The notes beneath the pieces were generated by a model. It ran no database searches, was not told the origin of the DNA, and was given only the letters and a program-made list of their open reading frames with translations. A program made the position numbers and the translations under genes. From Armatimonadota bacterium (GTDB lineage Bacteria; Sysuimicrobiota; Sysuimicrobiia; Sysuimicrobiales; Humicultoraceae), in assembly GCA_052386995.1 (NCBI GenBank), contig JBQTJP010000081.1:1-19187 (forward strand): a DNA stretch of 19,187 bases. The letters run 5' to 3'. Of the stretch, positions 16,617 to 19,187 are shown piece by piece (position 1 is the first letter of the stretch; each line of letters begins with the position of its first letter).

Positions 16617-17136
16617 GCCAACTAAGCGTATTTCCAAACAACTTAGATTGCTCCAACTGAGACAGGTAGAGGAAAAGCTGCGCCCGTGGCAATCTCTTCC
16701 GAAGACTCCTCCTCCACGGGGCTGGGTGAGGACTATTCGAGAAGCCCTAGGCATGAGCATACCCCAATTGGCCCGCAGGCTCCGAGTCACTCGACAAACC
16801 ATGGCTGACCTAGAGCGCAGAGAAATCCAGGGAAGCACCACGTTTGCCGCCCTAAGAAGGGCTGCCGACGCCATGGACTGCGACTTGGTTTACGCCATAG
16901 TACCAAGACGGGAGCTGAATGCCCTCCTTGAGGATCAAGCCCGGCAACGAGCTTCTTCGGAGGTCAAGAAAGTCGCTCACACGATGCGCCTGGAAGCACA
17001 AGATGTGGATGGCGCGGAAACCCAGCGCCTAATTGACGATACTGCTGCCAATCTACTGGAGAATCCGCGCACGCTCTGGGACATGCCCCAAGGGGAACCC
17101 AAACCGCGTCCACGCCGTGATACACCACGACGTTGA
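16616..17136 (+). CDS. XRE-family HTH DNA-binding protein, 'mobile mystery protein A' type (Fic-partner or putative antitoxin)
   Basis: PPRGWVRTIREALGMSIPQLARRLRVTRQTMADLERRE...LRRAADAMDCDLVYAIVP has the HTH_XRE architecture and conserved blocks typical of TIGR02612-type proteins found upstream of Fic 'protein B'. The ATG at 16616 gives 173 aa. The track ORF's TTG at 16561 lies within the promoter. Confidence 0.65.
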
Positions 17137-17143
17137 TGGCATC

Positions 17144-17701
17144 ATGCCTCTAGATCTTGACGAGGCGAAGGACTTGATTCCGTCGCACATCCAGACTCGA
17201 GCTGAACTCAACGCGTGGGAACAGACAAACATTGCGCAGGCCGTGCATTGGCTAGAGACGCGGCGCACCCAAGAGACCGTGCTCACGCTGGAGTTCCTGA
17301 GAGAGTTGCACAGGCGCATGTTTAATGACACGTGGCGGTGGGCAGGAAAGCTTCGGAGTACCGCCAAAAACATTGGGGTACCCGTCCCGATGATCCAGGA
17401 GAGCCTTCGCAATCTGCTAGACGACGTGGCGCACTGGATAGAGAACAGCACCTACCCGGTTGACGAGATCTGCACAAGATTCCACCACCGGCTCGTGCAA
17501 GTTCATCCATTCCCCAACGGGAACGGTCGCCACGGTCGCCTAATGGCCGACGCACTCCTTACTGAGCGAGGCGCTGTTCAATTCACTTGGGGCTCTGGGG
17601 ATCTCGTTGCCCAAGGCTCCGCTCGCAGCTCCTACCTTGCTGCACTCAAGCGAGCGGATATCGGTGACTACAGTTCTCTTTTGCAGTTCGTACGCAGCTA
17701 G
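17144..17701 (+). CDS. Fic/Doc-family protein, 'mobile mystery protein B' type
   Basis: The Fic active-site motif HPFPNGNGRHGR (HPFx[D/E]GNGRxxR with Asn at the acidic position) is present. The ATG at 17144 gives 185 aa, 8 nt after the protein A stop. An alternative GTG at 17117 would overlap protein A. GC is low, like protein A. Confidence 0.75.
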   Translation: MPLDLDEAKDLIPSHIQTRAELNAWEQTNIAQAVHWLETRRTQETVLTLEFLRELHRRMFNDTWRWAGKLRSTAKNIGVPVPMIQESLRNLLDDVAHWIENSTYPVDEICTRFHHRLVQVHPFPNGNGRHGRLMADALLTERGAVQFTWGSGDLVAQGSARSSYLAALKRADIGDYSSLLQFVRS

Positions 17702-17717
17702 CCCAGACAAGCCAGTC

Positions 17718-17742
17718 CGTAGCAGGCGTACGGTCCTGCCAC
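17718..17742. terminator. Candidate hairpin (CGT-GCAGG cgtacgg CCTGC-ACG) between the convergent Fic and threonine-synthase-like genes; possible bidirectional terminator
   Basis: The inverted repeat is read directly from the sequence. There is no U-tract, so confidence is low. Confidence 0.2.
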
Positions 17743-17774
17743 GGCGCGGCGCTTTCAGAGACGGACCGAGTACG

Positions 17775-19061
17775 TCAGTCGCGCGTCGAGAACCCGTAGG
17801 TCTGCGCGAGGGCGCGACCGAGCGCCGCAAGATCGGGTTCGATCACGGGCGCCCGCGGCAGAGCCTTTGCGGTCGCGCCGGGATCCTTCAGCCCCGATGA
17901 CGTCGACAGGCACACCACCCTGGCGTCCGCGGCGATCACGCGCGCCGCGGCGAGGTCGGCGGCCGCGGCCACGCTGATGACCGACGAGACTTCCGCGTAG
18001 AGGCCTTCGGTCGCTGCGAGACGGCGCTGCATCGCAAGCGCCGCGTCATCCTCGACCACCGCGGCGTCTCCGCCGCTCTCGCGCAGTGCCGCGATGCCCT
18101 GGTAGGTGGGCGCAGCGGTCCCGACATTGAAGGCGATGCTCTCCCGCCTTGGCACCGTGATCAACCGGTGGGCTGAGACGAGCAGCGCCTCGCTGTAGGC
18201 GGGATACGGCTCCGCGGCGATGAGGCGCGGGAGGCGAGCGATCGCACTACAGGCCATTAGGTCCTGGAAGCCGCGCCAGATGCCGATCAGGCCGTCGCCG
18301 TTGGATACCGGGATGATGAACACATCAGGGGGCTCCCAGTCCAGCGCCGCCACCACCTCATAGGCGATGGTCTTGTAGCCTTCCAGGCCGTACGGCGTGC
18401 TGCCCACGGGCGGCAGGATACTGTTCGTGGTCGAAAACCAGCCCCAGCGCTCCACGCATGCGCCGACCATGCGCCAGCGGTCCTCCGAGGTCGGCACCTT
18501 CACCACCATGGCGCCGTACGCCTGCATCAGCGTGAGAATCCTCGGGGGCGCCGTTGGCGTGGCGAAGATGACACACGGCAGCCCGGCGCGGGCGGCATAG
18601 GCCGCGGTGGACGCGCCGTGATTGCCGGTGGAGGCCGCGACGATGCCCGGCGCGCCGTGCGCGGCCGCGACGCTAACCGCCACGCTGCACAACCTATCCT
18701 TGAACGACCACGTCGGATTCTGCGATTCGTCCTTCAACGACAACTGCGCGAGGCCCACTTCGCCCTCCAGCCGCGACAGCCGTACCAGCGGCGTGCTGCC
18801 CTCCCCGAGGCTCACAGGGACGCCGGCGTCAGGGAGCAGCGGCGCAAAGCGCCAGATACCGCCGGGGAGGCCGGTAAGCCGGCGCATCTCGCCCGGGCTG
18901 ACAATCCCGGCCCCCGACGACCCTGCCCCGGTTCCGGCGTACTCGCAGACCAGATTTGAAGCAAACTCGGGCGTCCGGCAGGCCGGGCATGCCGGAGGCG
19001 GCGGCCATGCGGCGGCGCGCGTCCCGCAGTGCAGGCAACGAAGGGCAGCGGGCCGGCTCAC
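17775..19061 (-). CDS. Threonine synthase-like PLP-dependent enzyme (fold-type II) with N-terminal Cys4 zinc-ribbon
   Basis: The SFKDR PLP-lysine motif and a glycine-rich GNHGAS loop are typical of the ThrC/TrpB family. The N-terminus has CLHCG...CPAC, a CxxC-Xn-CxxC pattern. The protein is 428 aa. Confidence 0.65.
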   Translation of the reverse strand: MSRPAALRCLHCGTRAAAWPPPPACPACRTPEFASNLVCEYAGTGAGSSGAGIVSPGEMRRLTGLPGGIWRFAPLLPDAGVPVSLGEGSTPLVRLSRLEGEVGLAQLSLKDESQNPTWSFKDRLCSVAVSVAAAHGAPGIVAASTGNHGASTAAYAARAGLPCVIFATPTAPPRILTLMQAYGAMVVKVPTSEDRWRMVGACVERWGWFSTTNSILPPVGSTPYGLEGYKTIAYEVVAALDWEPPDVFIIPVSNGDGLIGIWRGFQDLMACSAIARLPRLIAAEPYPAYSEALLVSAHRLITVPRRESIAFNVGTAAPTYQGIAALRESGGDAAVVEDDAALAMQRRLAATEGLYAEVSSVISVAAAADLAAARVIAADARVVCLSTSSGLKDPGATAKALPRAPVIEPDLAALGRALAQTYGFSTRD

Positions 19062-19067
19062 AGCGCT

Positions 19068-19187
19068 CTACGCCGCGGGAACCTGAACGTAGGCGAGGGT
19101 CAGCAGCTCTTTGTTGCCGTAAAAACGGTGTGCGACGCCGGCCGGCACGAAGATGATCGACCCTGGGCTCACCGGGTGATCGATATC
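19068..19187 (-). CDS. Cupin-domain protein, C-terminal fragment (N-terminus beyond the window end)
   Basis: The reverse complement translates to DIDHPVSPGSIIFVPAGVAHRFYGNKELLTLAYVQVPAA*. (I)PAGxxHxxxN is a cupin motif-2-like segment. The TAG stop lies at 19068-19070. Confidence 0.4.
   Translation of the reverse strand, partial: DIDHPVSPGSIIFVPAGVAHRFYGNKELLTLAYVQVPAA

Noticed and set aside
16605-16874. 89-aa minus-strand ORF (and 17053..17451, 17322..17555 minus) inside the low-GC island
   Set aside because: They are antisense to the HTH and Fic genes, with no SD or motifs. I also looked for a small third gene or integrase in the island and found none.
1-19187. Search for tRNA, rRNA, CRISPR arrays, integrase or transposase genes
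   Set aside because: I found no cloverleaf-like conserved tRNA elements, no rRNA-like stretches, no regularly spaced identical repeats with unique spacers (the iterons are degenerate and only four) and no recombinase motifs in any frame.

Overview
This is a high-GC (~70%) bacterial chromosomal segment with four parts.

(1) Bases 1-8311, minus strand, hold a canonical co-linear NADH:quinone oxidoreductase (complex I) operon. It runs nuoA-B-C-D-E-F-G-H-I plus the first codons of nuoJ, with typical start/stop overlaps such as ATGA, TGATG and GTGA. Several ORF-track entries carry spurious N-terminal extensions. I trimmed those to the starts that abut the upstream stop codon.

(2) A class-V cysteine desulfurase (IscS/NifS-like) lies immediately upstream of nuo on the same strand. 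It is divergent from a small two-TM hypothetical membrane protein.

(3) A tightly packed four-gene minus-strand hydrolase operon follows: a CoA-pyrophosphatase-type NUDIX, an MDP-1-type HAD phosphatase, a ParB/Srx-fold nuclease-like protein and a DUF457/YdjM-like membrane hydrolase. It is divergently transcribed from a double-length (tandem-domain) flavin-dependent thymidylate synthase ThyX homolog, an SPFH/band-7 protein and an SDR oxidoreductase.

(4) A ~1.25 kb low-GC (~45-50%) island sits between the SDR gene and a threonine-synthase-like PLP enzyme. It carries an XRE-HTH protein and a Fic-domain protein, the 'mobile mystery protein A/B' pair. Four iterons spaced 33 bp apart precede it and overlap a near-consensus sigma70 promoter.

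The window ends inside a cupin-domain gene. I found no rRNA, tRNA or CRISPR. The long '+' strand ORFs antisense to nuo and iscS are GC-driven artifacts.

The most interesting items are the horizontally acquired HTH-Fic cassette with its iteron-type operator, the tandem ThyX whose two halves carry complementary degenerate active-site motifs, and the hydrolase operon divergent from it.
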